From NCBI GenBank assembly GCA_021613535.1, contig CP075493.1, forward strand, positions 3,844,001 to 3,908,000: 64,000 nt of DNA, written 5' to 3'. The notes beneath the pieces were generated by a model that made no database searches, was not told the DNA's origin, and worked only from the letters and a program-made list of their open reading frames with translations. The position numbers and the translations under genes were made by a program. Each line of letters opens with the position of its first letter. Position 1 is the first letter of the stretch. Below, one piece after another: positions 52,897-64,000 of this stretch. The stretch is from Adineta vaga. Lineage: Eukaryota; Animalia; Rotifera.

Positions 52897-53790
52897 ATGA
52901 AAGAAATATTTTAGAAATAAAAAATTTATATGATTTAATTGCTTCTGTTTCTCTCGTTCTATCTCTTCTTCTCGTTTATTTTATTCTATTTGTCAAAATT
53001 TTACTTTATTAATATATATTAATTATGCACAGACTATCAATATTTTCAATTGCTTGAAGGTTAATAACAAGTGACATTGTTGTTTCAAACTGGTTCTCTC
53101 TGCTTATAACAAACAGCTTATCTTTCGTCTAATGAATATTGTCATGGAGAACGCTCATATCGTGAGAAGAAGAAAAAACAATCTTGTTATTTATATAAGT
53201 TGAAAAGAAAAAGATCTTAGTAATCATAAAATGACAATGAGTATTTGTATGATAGATACTCATTTCGGGAAGTTTTTTTTTTTATAAAAACGAGAGTGTA
53301 GATAGAAATGAATATATCAAAGACTTCATCGAGAAAGAAAACTCGTTTTGTTTGTAAATGATCTTGATATAGTTGCCTTTCTTTACAATAGGTATATCAA
53401 TCAGAAATTCATGTCTTTAGGTAGAATTTAACGGAGTTGGTACCTATTCTTAATAGAAAATGTTTATTCTTCTCGTGATACCGAAGGGGAAATACGCTAA
53501 GAAGTTACATCATGAAACATTAATTGAAAAAATATGAATGCCATTACATTATTCTAAATTGCACGATGTACTTTCACCAAATGTTTCATTGTTGTATGAT
53601 GTGTATAAAAGAATTAAAAGATATTATTTTTACTTTAAGACCTTGATCTATTCTTTTCTTTATCATTTAATTTCTATTGTCAACAATGATTGTTTTTAAT
53701 GCTATGATATCATTATTATTCATATCGTAAGATTAATATCTATTACGTTACAGAATATCAATAATTACAATTCAAATGGATTACAAAGAG

Positions 53791-53798
53791 TATAAATA
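53791..53798 (+). promoter_or_regulatory. TATA box of the Cys-rich peptide gene
   Basis: TATAAATA 44 bp upstream of the ATG, conserved in the duplicate at 54586-54593. Confidence 0.55.
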
Positions 53799-53834
53799 CG
53801 ACAGTCAAATCAGATCTTTTCACCAAACTCAACG

Positions 53835-54201
53835 ATGAAACTTTGTCTACTTTTATTACTTATATTTATTATTACGATTAATGGTAATCCATTCAATCGC
53901 GAGTAAGTTTCAAAAGATATTTTGGTAAAATAGAATTAATTGAATCAATTGTAGATGTAAATGCAAAGCTGTTTCAAATACAGTTCATTTTCCCTTTCAT
54001 TCATGGGAATTATCATCATGTAAACTGTGTTCGTGCAAAGATGCTGCAATGGTTAATTGTGAAGAAGCATGTAGAAGTATGGTAGAATCCTATGCACGAA
54101 CTGGCTGTGGAAAAGTTATCAAAGGTAGTAAAGTGAAATATTCATGGGATGCAAGTTCATGTTCAAGCGGTGTCAGCAAACTAGAATATACATGTGCTTA
54201 A
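53835..54201 (+). CDS. Small secreted cysteine-rich peptide, 104 aa (missed by the ORF track)
   Basis: Exons 53835-53902 and 53955-54201 with a 52-bp GT-AG intron give MKLCLLLLLIFIITINGNPFNRECKCKAVSNTVHFPFHSWELSSCKLCSCKDAAMVNCEEACRSMVESYARTGCGKVIKGSKVKYSWDASSCSSGVSKLEYTCA. AATAAA lies downstream. Confidence 0.85.
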
Positions 54202-54634
54202 AATTGAACTGAAGATTTTCAAATAATCTTTTCTTTTCTTTTTTGTAATATCAATAAAATATTTTGATTAACAATGGTTTGTAGATGAGAATGAAATATC
54301 AAAAACCTCATCGAGAAAGAAAACTTCTTGATATAGTTGCCTTTCTTTACCATAAGTATACCAGTTAGAAGTTCATGCCTTGAGGCAGAATTTAACGGAG
54401 ATGACAGTTTCCACCAAATATTTCATTGTTGTATGATGTATCAAAAGAATTAAAAGATATTATTGTTTTCATATCATTTAATCTCTGTTGTCTACAATAA
54501 TTGCTTTTGATGCTATGATATTTCCATTAATCATATGACGAGATTAGCCTTTATAATTGAATTAAATGGATTACATTACAAAGGATATAAATATCACAGT
54601 CAAGAAAAAAACTGTTTTTCTATCAGATGCAACA

Positions 54635-54907
54635 ATTAAACTGTCTGCTTTTTATACTTACACTTGCGATTGCTATCAATAGCAATCTACTCAATCGCAA
54701 GTCTTGGAAGATGTTTCGCCAAAATGATAATCAATTGATGGATGTTTTCTCTTAGGTCTATGAATATTATCATCATGCAAAAATAAGGTAGATTCATTTA
54801 GACGAGCTCGTTGTGGACAAGTTCGTAAAGGTAATCAAGTGCGATATTTATGGGAAGTAACTTCATGCTAAAATGGTGTTAGCAAGGATAAATATATATG
54901 TATTTAA
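54635..54907 (+). pseudogene. Decayed copy of the Cys-rich peptide gene
   Basis: ATG changed to ATT, internal deletions and a premature TAA at 54869-54871. The residual CGQVRKGNQVRYLWEVTSC*NGVSKDKYIC aligns with the intact copy. Confidence 0.75.
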
Positions 54908-56042
54908 AATGAAATAAAAGATTTTCAGTAAATATTTAGTTTTTCTTTAATATCAATAAAATATTGAATCTTTGTTCGAATTAAACTGAAACATTTCATG
55001 TCAACAGATCTGTAATTAATTGTTTTGTATATCAAATATACATTTTTTTAATGATAAATAAAAGTAATATGTTTCATTGATTTCATGTTTTTTCTACTGG
55101 AACACAATTTGAGTATGTCGATTTCTATATTCTTTGCCAACGATTATTTCTACAATCATGACGAAACAATTGCACTCATTCAAATACTTTGATATGTCTT
55201 TCAAATGATTCAGATTACTATACTAAATCACATAAGGTATGAAACTTCAATGTATTCGATATTGTACCTTTGTAAACATATACTCACGAGTGCTACATTG
55301 TATGTATTCAATGAACCATAACGCAAAATACTATCTTTAAATAGAAACGATAATTTATGCTATACAGCTCAAAGAATTTCTCATTTCATGACGTTCTTTC
55401 AAATCAAAACTCAGAGATAAAAAATTATGAATCATTTTGCTATGAAAAAGTCCAATGCGCCATTGTGTTGTGCATTCTTTTTCTTAAACTAAAACGGAAC
55501 AAACATTATCTTTTCCTTTACTTTTCTCCTCCATGACTCAATAAAATATTTCGTAAACAAATACACGTGGTTGCAATGCAGTGATGAAAGTTAGTATTGG
55601 CAAAGGTGTAACGTTTGAAATGAAGATAATTTTTGAATACAAATTGGAAAATAATATCGAGAGATTAGCATAGTTTTTTCCGGAAAATTTTGAGGCGTCA
55701 TCGATAGAATTCGATCTAGACTATTTCCAAAATCCTAATCTATGAAATGATATCATCTAAAATCAAACTATGATGATTGACTTTGTTTATTGAAATAAGA
55801 ATTCTACATGTTCATAAATAATATCTTCTTTAAAATTGATTTCGAAAAAAAAATACACAGTTTTCTTGTTACTGATATGTTTCTTTTTTTCTTTGCCTCT
55901 CTTTTTCTCTCTTCTTTTTCTTGCTGCTAATGTGGGTATGTGTGTTTTTTCTCCTTTCGTTCTTTTCTTTTGTCCCATAATAGTTGCTCACTAAGAGTGT
56001 CTTTCATATTCAATGACCAGTTTTCTTCTCTTGAAATAACTG

Positions 56043-56979
56043 ATGGCTTCTGCACGAAATCTTTGTCAGCATTCAGATACTGATGGTACTCAATGTAAAT
56101 CCAATGATTATATTCTTTGTCCACATTGTCAATTACAATTATGTTTAAAACATTTGAATTCTCATCAAAATTTACTTCGTTCGGACTTGGATCGTCTTTG
56201 TGATAAGATAAATTTCACTCGAATGAATTTCGATAATTTACTTTTTGATTCTACAAATCATCGTGAATATTTATTTAAACAATTGGATGATTGGTATGAT
56301 CAACAATTGGATTTAATTAATAAAATCTATGCTGAAAAACAACAAGAAATACAAATTTTAAGTTTAAAATCTCACATGGAATTCGATACATATAAACTTA
56401 AGAAAGAAAAACAATTGAAAAATAATCTGATGAAACAATTAAATAAAGTTTTAAAACAAAAACAAGTTCATATTGACGATTTAAACGAAATGAAAACGAA
56501 ATTAGATTTAATTCAACGTGGTTTAGATGAACTTAAAGAATTAAAAATTGATATGTATTTCAATCCAACAAATTTTGATATTAATATTATCAAACGACGT
56601 TATGTCGAAGCTGCAAAGGTAAATGCTTTCAACCGTATCAATAATCATATAGATTAGTTATTCATAAAATGAACAAATTTATTAACTATTTCTTCTTTTT
56701 TAGCCATTGTTTAATGATGATGATGATAACCTATGGGAAACAGATGACGAAAAAGAAGAAGAAGAGGAAGATGAAGAGAATTCAAATTTCGAACAAAATT
56801 TATCGGTACCTTCTCTGATTCTTTCTCCGCCAGAACCTTCTATATCGTCATTGCCGACAATAATCGTGAAAAAAGCCCCGTTAAAACTTGTGATCAAACG
56901 ATTGCAACATTCAACGATACGTTCTGAAATCAAATACAAATTGCATGCAATCAACACACCACTACCGATTATTACATAA
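56043..56979 (+). CDS. B-box-like zinc finger + coiled-coil protein with acidic tail
   Basis: CQH...C...ILCPHCQLQLCLKHLNSHQ followed by a coiled coil (LDDWYDQQLDLINKIY). An intron at ~56619-56703 joins it to the acidic C-terminal exon. Confidence 0.7.
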
Positions 56980-57981
56980 GGCAAGTTTGATAACGAAAAA
57001 ATAAGGCACGACACGTGATATTATAGATTTTCTTTTTTGTCGTTTTTTTCTTTTGTAAATTAAAAATTAAATTTATAAATAAACAATTAATAGAGATGAA
57101 AATAAATGTGTTTTTCTCTTCTTATCTGTATACGTCACAGTATGCGAAAGGTCCTCATGCTGAGTCGAGCAAAGGTAGAAGGAAAAAAAGAATGCGAAAA
57201 AAAAACAGTATAATAGAATATGACGAGGTATTTTTTTTCTTCTGTTCTGCAATTATAAAAAAAAGAAAAAAAATGAGGAAACGGGTTGATATTATCAGGT
57301 TTTATAGGTCTATACAGTTAAAGTCAAGATATAATCGATTTCGCAAAAATTATTTTTTCATCATGATTTCTTCATCGATATAATGATGAAATAAATCTGA
57401 ACAAAAATGAAATTATTTTCTTGGATGATTATATGAATTGAAAAGCAAAATGTTAATTTTAAATCTACTTGATATTTGAAATATCGAATAAATACCACAT
57501 TGATGCGAACAGATCATTTTAAAGTCAATCAAAATCAAGATAATTTGCATGAAAGAAAGAGACAGATTTTTTATGAGTTTTATTATTCTAAAAGAGTTTA
57601 TTTCTATCACTCATATTTGTCATTTTACTCGTTACAAATTATTTACTGATTACTCAATGTAGAACATTTCTCTCTGTCGTTTCTTTGTTAAACATTATTA
57701 ATTGAAGACACATGCTTCATTCGTATTTGTTTTCTTCAGAGTGTTGGATGGTACATATGATTGTTCGATTTCAGACATTTATGTTTCGAAAGCTGTTGTT
57801 GTTGTTGTTCGTTGAATAACTGACGATTACTTTCTTCTTTCTTCTCTTCTCTATACATCAAGAGAATTTCGTATCTTTTTTCTTTTTCATTTTTCTTTTT
57901 AACGATGTGTGTACATAAGAACAGTTAACGATAAGTAAGACGAGAAGTGTCGAGCATTCAAAGAAGAAAACGAGAGAAATC

Positions 57982-59315
57982 ATGACAACGCGTAATCTTT
58001 TCGAGCGACCCGAGTTATTTGAAAATCAAACTCGTTTTATTTTATCGGCTGATGCCAAACCAAAACGTTTAACTCGATCATCGAGTGCCTTAGGACGAAG
58101 TTATTCTCGTGAACGTTTCGATTCAAATGCTAGTGGGTCAGATACACAAGATGTAGATGATGATTTCGAAAATCGAATTTCCGAAGATAATATCGATGAA
58201 ATTTATACCGAAAGAAAACCTATCGATCGAAATGAAGAAATTAATTATGATACAGATATTGAAGCTGATGTTGAACCACCACGAGATCATTCATGTCGTG
58301 CTATTTATATCGAACAATGTCGTCGTCATGGTATCGTTCCATCGACTCATTTCTTACGAAGTATTGATAATGATAATGTAACAATACGTTATTGTGGTTT
58401 AAAACCAATTAATATTAAAGTTATGGTCGCACCATTAAAAATCAATTCTACAATTACTAAACTTGATCTACGAGATAATTGTTTAGGTTCAAGAGGGACA
58501 ATTTATATAACAAATTTAATTAAAGAAAATAGTTACATTGATGAACTAAATCTCGGAAATAATGATATCGGTATTCATGGTATGTAATATAGAATCATTG
58601 TTCTTTGATTGATAAGTTTCTTTTTCTTCTAGGTTGTAAAATACTATGTAAAGTTCTTTGTACGAATCGTTCTATTCGAATTCTTCATCTTGATGGAAAT
58701 CGTTTTAATGATGAATGCGCACAATTTTTCGCTGAAGTTTTCTTGCAAAATGAATGTATTAATTATTTAAATTTAAATAAAAATTTCTTTGAAAATGACG
58801 CTACTGGTCGTCTATTTGGTCAATCGTTAATTGAAAATCAATCCTTACAAGAACTTCATCTTGCATGGAATCGTTTAAGTTCGAAAGCATGTGGTCTTCT
58901 TTTAAAACAACTTGGTGCAAATGCACGTTTGACAACGATCGATTTATCATGGAACGCTGCTGCTTTATTTACTGCGAAAGCTTTGAATGATTTATTGAAA
59001 AAAAATGCAATCATTGAACGAATTTATCTTGAACATAATAAATTTGATACTGAATGTGCGACGTATATTGGTAAAGGTTTGGCGAAAAATGAAACCCTAA
59101 AAATTTTATCATTAAATGGAAATCCATTAGAATCAAGTGGTTGCTATGCAGTCTTAAAACCTCTATTAAAACATCCAACATGTGGACTACAATCAATATC
59201 ATTAATTGGTATTATTGTAAATCGAGATTTTCTTGATTTAGTAACTGAACTTTCCGGTGTTCTACCGCAATTAGACATTAAAATTGGGAGAGAACGAGAA
59301 CAAGAGTTTGAATAA
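57982..59315 (+). CDS. LRRC74-like RNI-type LRR protein (single intron)
   Basis: NYDTDIE and IYIEQCRRHGIVPSTHFLR...TIRYCGL blocks, then LDLRDNCLG, LNLGNNDIG, LHLAWNRL and IDLSWN repeats. Intron ~58580-58632. Confidence 0.8.
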
Positions 59316-59461
59316 TTTGAAATAAAGAGAACAAAAAAGAAAAGTAAATGAAGAACTCTTTTGAATAAACGAGAAAGAACAAGAAAGAAATCACTGACGA
59401 CAATATATAAAGAAGTTTTTTTTCTTCTTTTCTTCATTCTCAAAGAAAAATTTAATAATAA

Positions 59462-60736
59462 ATGGCATCGACGTCACCTTCACATGCCCTCATAGCTGAA
59501 CCTGATTCAGAATTTCTACAAACCAATACAAACGAACATGCACCCTTACAAAACTATTTGCGTGAACGTTTGCTTGATCTTCGTACACGAAATTATTCGA
59601 ATACCGGTATAGCTGATGCCAAAGCTATTGAAAAGATTTCTTCAGAATTTGAAATACTTGTATTTGGACCTGCACGTGTCGGTAAATCAACATTAATACG
59701 AGAACTTTCCGGTGATGATCAAATACGGACAAGTGCAGGTTTGAATGCTTGTACACAAACAACAACAGCTTATACAGATCAATTTGGTGTTCGATGGTGG
59801 GATACACGTGGTATGTATTGATATTTATGATGTAAAAAGTTGTAAATTTATGAATACGATATTGTAGGCATTGAACAGTGGACAGAATCGGAAGGTCGTT
59901 CGTTTTTAAAAGAGAAATTTCTTGATCGTCATATTATACCACGGGCAGCAATATTCTGTCGTACATCGGGTGCACTAGCGAATACATCTGTCTTACAATT
60001 ATTATTTCATGAACTTGAATCACATGGTATTGCTCTATTTTATGTAATTACACGATGGCCATTTTTACCACGACGTGAACAAATTATTATTGTTGATGAA
60101 GCTATTCAATTGTTAGGTGGTAAAGCAACAGGAATTTATCTTTCGAAAGTAAAAGAAGTCAATTCAAGTCCTCAACAAGTAGAAATTATTACACCTTCAT
60201 CAGGTATTGGTTGTTTCGCTTCTCGTCGTTCGTCTCATCCTATTCCAGCAAATGCAACTGCTCCTATCCCATTACCACCATCCCCTCGCTATCGAGCACT
60301 TGAATGTAAACCTGACATCTCGTATGTCGTTCCAGTAAATTCATGTATCGATGAATTAGGTGATGCATCAAAAAATACATCATTTTCTGTCATGAATCTC
60401 GCACTTCTTCGACACTTAATTATTACTAAAACGTGCCGTGGAAATGATCGTGAACAAAAACTAATTGATTTATATAAAAATCAAATGTCTCTCTTTGCTA
60501 CTATTGGTTATCATGCATTTGAAGTTCTAGATGATCTTGGTTATGGAGCATCATCTTTTGGATTAAACAAAAAAGAAGAAGAAATTTATCGTGCTTTGAA
60601 ACAAGGTGGACAAAATCAACATATGGCTACACCAGCAATTAAAGCAGTGATTGATAAAGTAACAAATACTATTTCATTTCCAATGGCTTTAGTTTCCTTA
60701 ACACAACCTATGATTTCAGCAGTTGTTAAACGTTAA
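59462..60736 (+). CDS. P-loop GTPase (TRAFAC, MMR_HSR1/AIG1-like G domain)
   Basis: G1 GPARVGKST, G2 ACT and G3 WWDTRG. A 57-bp intron (59811-59867) joins the two ORFs in frame. Confidence 0.75.
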
Positions 60737-61155
60737 TGATATTGTAAATGATTTTATTTCTTAATATTCAAGCAAAACTGAATATATTTGTTTGTTTTCT
60801 ATAATAATCAAGCGTCAAATAACTATTTGTAAGTATAGAACTGATAAACTTATTGTATTTAAACACTGATCTTTTGAAATAAAATAAATAAAAAATTATT
60901 ATTCATTGATTGATTTCAGATATATGACCGATCAAAATTGTCATTGGACATAAATGTTACATAGATTTATCTCTTCATAACAATCTTACAATGAGTATAA
61001 ATCTTCTTTTCATTCACATTATGTAGTAAGAAATACGCTACAAACAAGTTTCATACCATTTTTTATATTCTACACGACTGAATGTGATCAAAGAGATTAT
61101 ATTTAATGAAGAAAAGACTATTTGTTTTTAATAACAATGGTATAGATGAGTGTAT

Positions 61156-62148
61156 CTATAATGGAGCTATTTGATTATTTCTCACAGGTAGTAGTTCGAC
61201 TCCCACACATATTCTTCGTCGTTGTAAATGAAGAACTTTTTCCAATTTAAAATAGAGCTCCGGTAACGATAATAATGACACAAATGGAAATAAAAGAACG
61301 ATGTAATAGCTAGCGAAACCTGCGAGAGTTTCAAACTTAACACCGATGTTCGATGGTAAACCGCATATACGTAAAAAAATAATTATTGCAAATGGTGTAG
61401 TAAGCAGAAGATAGAGAGCAGATATCCATAATAATTGTACAGTCATTTTTCGATGTTTTCGCCATTGAATATGTTGTCGTATGCGATACCGTTGTCGAAG
61501 AACACGTACGAGCAGAGCCGCACTAAAGATAACAATAAATAAACTTGGAATAATATTATTAACAATAGTTTCATATGCGCGAAATGAAGAATTATTGGAA
61601 ATACAAGTTGTTATACAAATCATTTGGGTAATATCAAAAAGATTTTTACATGATGGAAAAGAATAAACAAATAAATAGAAGATAAACCAATAGACGAGAA
61701 TTAAAATTAAAGGAAAATAATGAAAATAGAAGCGTTTTCTTCTTGTTGCGACCCATTTATCATGAAAAATCAGAATATGTCGTTCGACTGAAGCCCATGC
61801 AAAGAGTAATAATTGTAAAATATAAATTGCCCAATCAATAAATCCCCAAATAGAACAAAAAATAAATGATCTTGGCCATGTATCATCATGAGTATAATAA
61901 TAAAGCATCCATGGATAATTTGTTAATTCACAAAAAAGAACAGTAAATAATAAAAGTATAATAACATGATTATTTAAAGATCGACGAAGTGTTCGATCAG
62001 AAATAAGATGATAAAGAACGAATAATGAGCAAAAAAAAGATGGAATAAGAAAAACAAGAAAAAGCCAAAACTTGATAATTGATGGTATAAAATCATTAGA
62101 TGAAATCGCAATTGAATTATTAGGTTTAGTAATATTTGCATTCAACAT
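61156..62148 (-). CDS. Class A (rhodopsin-like) orphan GPCR, single exon
   Basis: Seven hydrophobic segments, LNNH, C..WGFID and WASVERHILIFH (DRY-equivalent). Typical of the bdelloid-expanded GPCR family. Confidence 0.85.
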   Translation of the reverse strand: MLNANITKPNNSIAISSNDFIPSIIKFWLFLVFLIPSFFCSLFVLYHLISDRTLRRSLNNHVIILLLFTVLFCELTNYPWMLYYYTHDDTWPRSFIFCSIWGFIDWAIYILQLLLFAWASVERHILIFHDKWVATRRKRFYFHYFPLILILVYWFIFYLFVYSFPSCKNLFDITQMICITTCISNNSSFRAYETIVNNIIPSLFIVIFSAALLVRVLRQRYRIRQHIQWRKHRKMTVQLLWISALYLLLTTPFAIIIFLRICGLPSNIGVKFETLAGFASYYIVLLFPFVSLLSLPELYFKLEKVLHLQRRRICVGVELLPVRNNQIAPL

Positions 62149-63108
62149 TTATTAATTATATATTGAAGAAAAATAAAGAATCGATTCGTTTTTGAACGAT
62201 TAGTGAGATTAACAAGATTCCAATTGACAGAGAAAAAACACTTCATTTTGATGTTTTTAAAGCTAAAAAGAGTAGAAAAAATCCGTTAATCTTACACTAC
62301 TTCTCTTCGTTATAAAACTTCAATTAACTAAGCTGAGAATAGTCACCTTTTTTAGAAAGACTATAATTAAAGACTAATTTAGATACTCTTTGATTTCTAT
62401 TTCTTAAATAAATTTTAATGAGACAAATAACAGAATTCAGAGAAATTTTCTCGACAGCTTTTACTACAATACATATTGATAGGAAAGTAATACTTACGAA
62501 CTCTAATATTAACTTATTATGAACGTCAAAAAATGCTAGTAAAGCATATAATCATGGAAATTCCAACTAGAAAAAAATGAATTCATTATGCATTCTGCAC
62601 TTGTTGAAAGGCTCAAATCTATTCTTATTATACACAAAAAACATAATCAGTGATACGCTCTCTTTGTTAACTAAAAAACAAAAGAATGTATCAATGTTAT
62701 ATAGATATCCACATAAATTCATACCTATTTAGTAATTAATATAAAGCTTAGGAAAGTAATACATCAGAAATATAATACTACTCTCTTCAGCAGTTCTTTT
62801 TCATCCGATATTGTACTCAAATATATAGAAAGTACCTATATGTTATCACTCCTAGCTATCTTGGTACAGAATTTCATTATCATTCAATGATATAGTATAA
62901 TTAGTAAAGCATGTTTGTCAATATGTCTGAGAAATTGCGCATGTTTTCTTATGCTGACTTGTCACATATATTTATCGAAAAGAAAAAGAAACAGAAAAAG
63001 TCAATAAACTTGACAAGAATAATATGTTTTACAAAAGCAAAAAGAAAAAGAAAAACTAAGGTTTTAAATATTAGAATATGTAAAATAATTACAAATTAAT
63101 CATCAGTT

Positions 63109-64000
63109 CTATTTAGATGCAGTTGTACGTTTTCGATTTGAACCTTGGGATCGTTTGTTTCCACCATTTGAGGATGACATCGTTTGAGAATTGGGTGGTG
63201 GTAAAAAGATTGACCGAATACTTGGATCAGCAATACCAATACGATATGGATTACGCATTGATTGTGACTGAGAACTGCTACCTGTTATTTGTATTTCCGA
63301 TGATGTCCATATGACTTTTTTCGGTGAAATATTTGATCGATTTGGAGTATCTTCATCACTTAAGGCAATAACTTCATCATCACTATCGTTGATGATTTGA
63401 CTATTGTCATCTTCATTATTTTGTGCTTGAGATGACGATGGAACTGTAGGAGTCTGTAAGAATAAGACAAGAATATAAATAAGTTATTTCTTTTGATTTC
63501 TACATGATTAAGAGAAGTCTTATAAGATTTATATGAAAAACTTTGATTATCATAAGAGTGGGTTCTTTTATCACATCAACAGAAGCCAATAAAATAATCA
63601 AATCGTTTGTTCGACTTCTTTCTCAGTTTAATGCTAAAGAATTTTTCAAATTTTGATTTCTTACGGTCGTTACTTGACTATTGATAATTGTTTGTTGTGT
63701 ATCATTTTCTTTTGAAATTAGTGCTTCATCTTCATCAAGATTTACTACTCCACTACTAGTGACAGTTGTTTTTTTGAATCTATCTTCAGTTGTTTCATCG
63801 AGATCAAGTTCAATAACTTCGACTGGATCATGAACTGATCGTAGAAAACGAACAGAACGTTTCGTTGGTGATTCAACAGGTGCCGGTGGTGGTGCAATCG
63901 TAGCAGCAGCGGCTTCTTTTCGAGCTTTTTGTTTTTCACGACGTTCCCATGCAATATCAAATTCTTCATCCGATGAATCATCATTACTTGCTTGTAGTGG
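63109..64000 (-). CDS. 3' end of an acidic, disordered protein with several SUMO-interacting-like motifs (partial)
   Basis: Exons 63665->64000 and 63109-63453 are in frame. Motifs VEVIELDLDE, VVNLDEDE and DEVIALSDED; NLS-like GNKRSQGSNRKR. Confidence 0.6.

Larger units (their letters stand above)
53297..54965. repeat. Diverged tandem duplication (~53297-54275 and ~54281-54965) containing the Cys-rich peptide gene and its promoter
   Basis: Shared blocks in both units: TCATCGAGAAAGAAAACT, TCTTGATATAGTTGCCTTTCTTTAC, AGAATTTAACGGAG, TTTCATTGTTGTATGATGT, TATAAATA and AATATCAATAAAA. Confidence 0.85.

Noticed and set aside
1-64000. CRISPR arrays, tRNA/rRNA genes, intact transposases or reverse transcriptases
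   Set aside because: None recognised by eye; tRNAscan-SE/Infernal would be needed to exclude small RNAs.

Overview
AT-rich eukaryotic genomic DNA with many ~50-60 bp GT-AG introns. The gene families (F-box/LRR, B-box/coiled-coil, single-exon 'WASxERH' GPCR, several non-metazoan-like enzymes) point to a bdelloid rotifer; this is an inference. In order, the window holds: an F-box/LRR gene; two tandem giant-like bZIP genes sharing regulatory motifs; a DUF3431 glycosyltransferase-like gene; an SLC5 symporter; a ciliary cluster (IFT20, tectonic with two frame disruptions, LRRC74-like); an ankyrin-rich TRP channel; OPA1; an accessory island at 40.5-47 kb; a PAN/ZP protein; a small 10-Cys secreted peptide gene with a decayed tandem copy; a B-box/coiled-coil protein; a second LRRC74-like gene; a P-loop GTPase; a GPCR; and the 3' end of a SIM-rich gene. 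The island carries two genes fusing a coiled coil to a permuted PARG/MavL-like macrodomain, flanking a decayed glycosyltransferase-like pseudogene. The best novelty candidates are this macrodomain pair (putative ADP-ribosylhydrolases with near-identical catalytic domains but divergent N-termini), a possible X-box-driven, trans-spliced IFT20-tectonic operon, and the unannotated Cys-rich peptide. Exon structures were built by hand, and family calls come from remembered motifs, not database searches.
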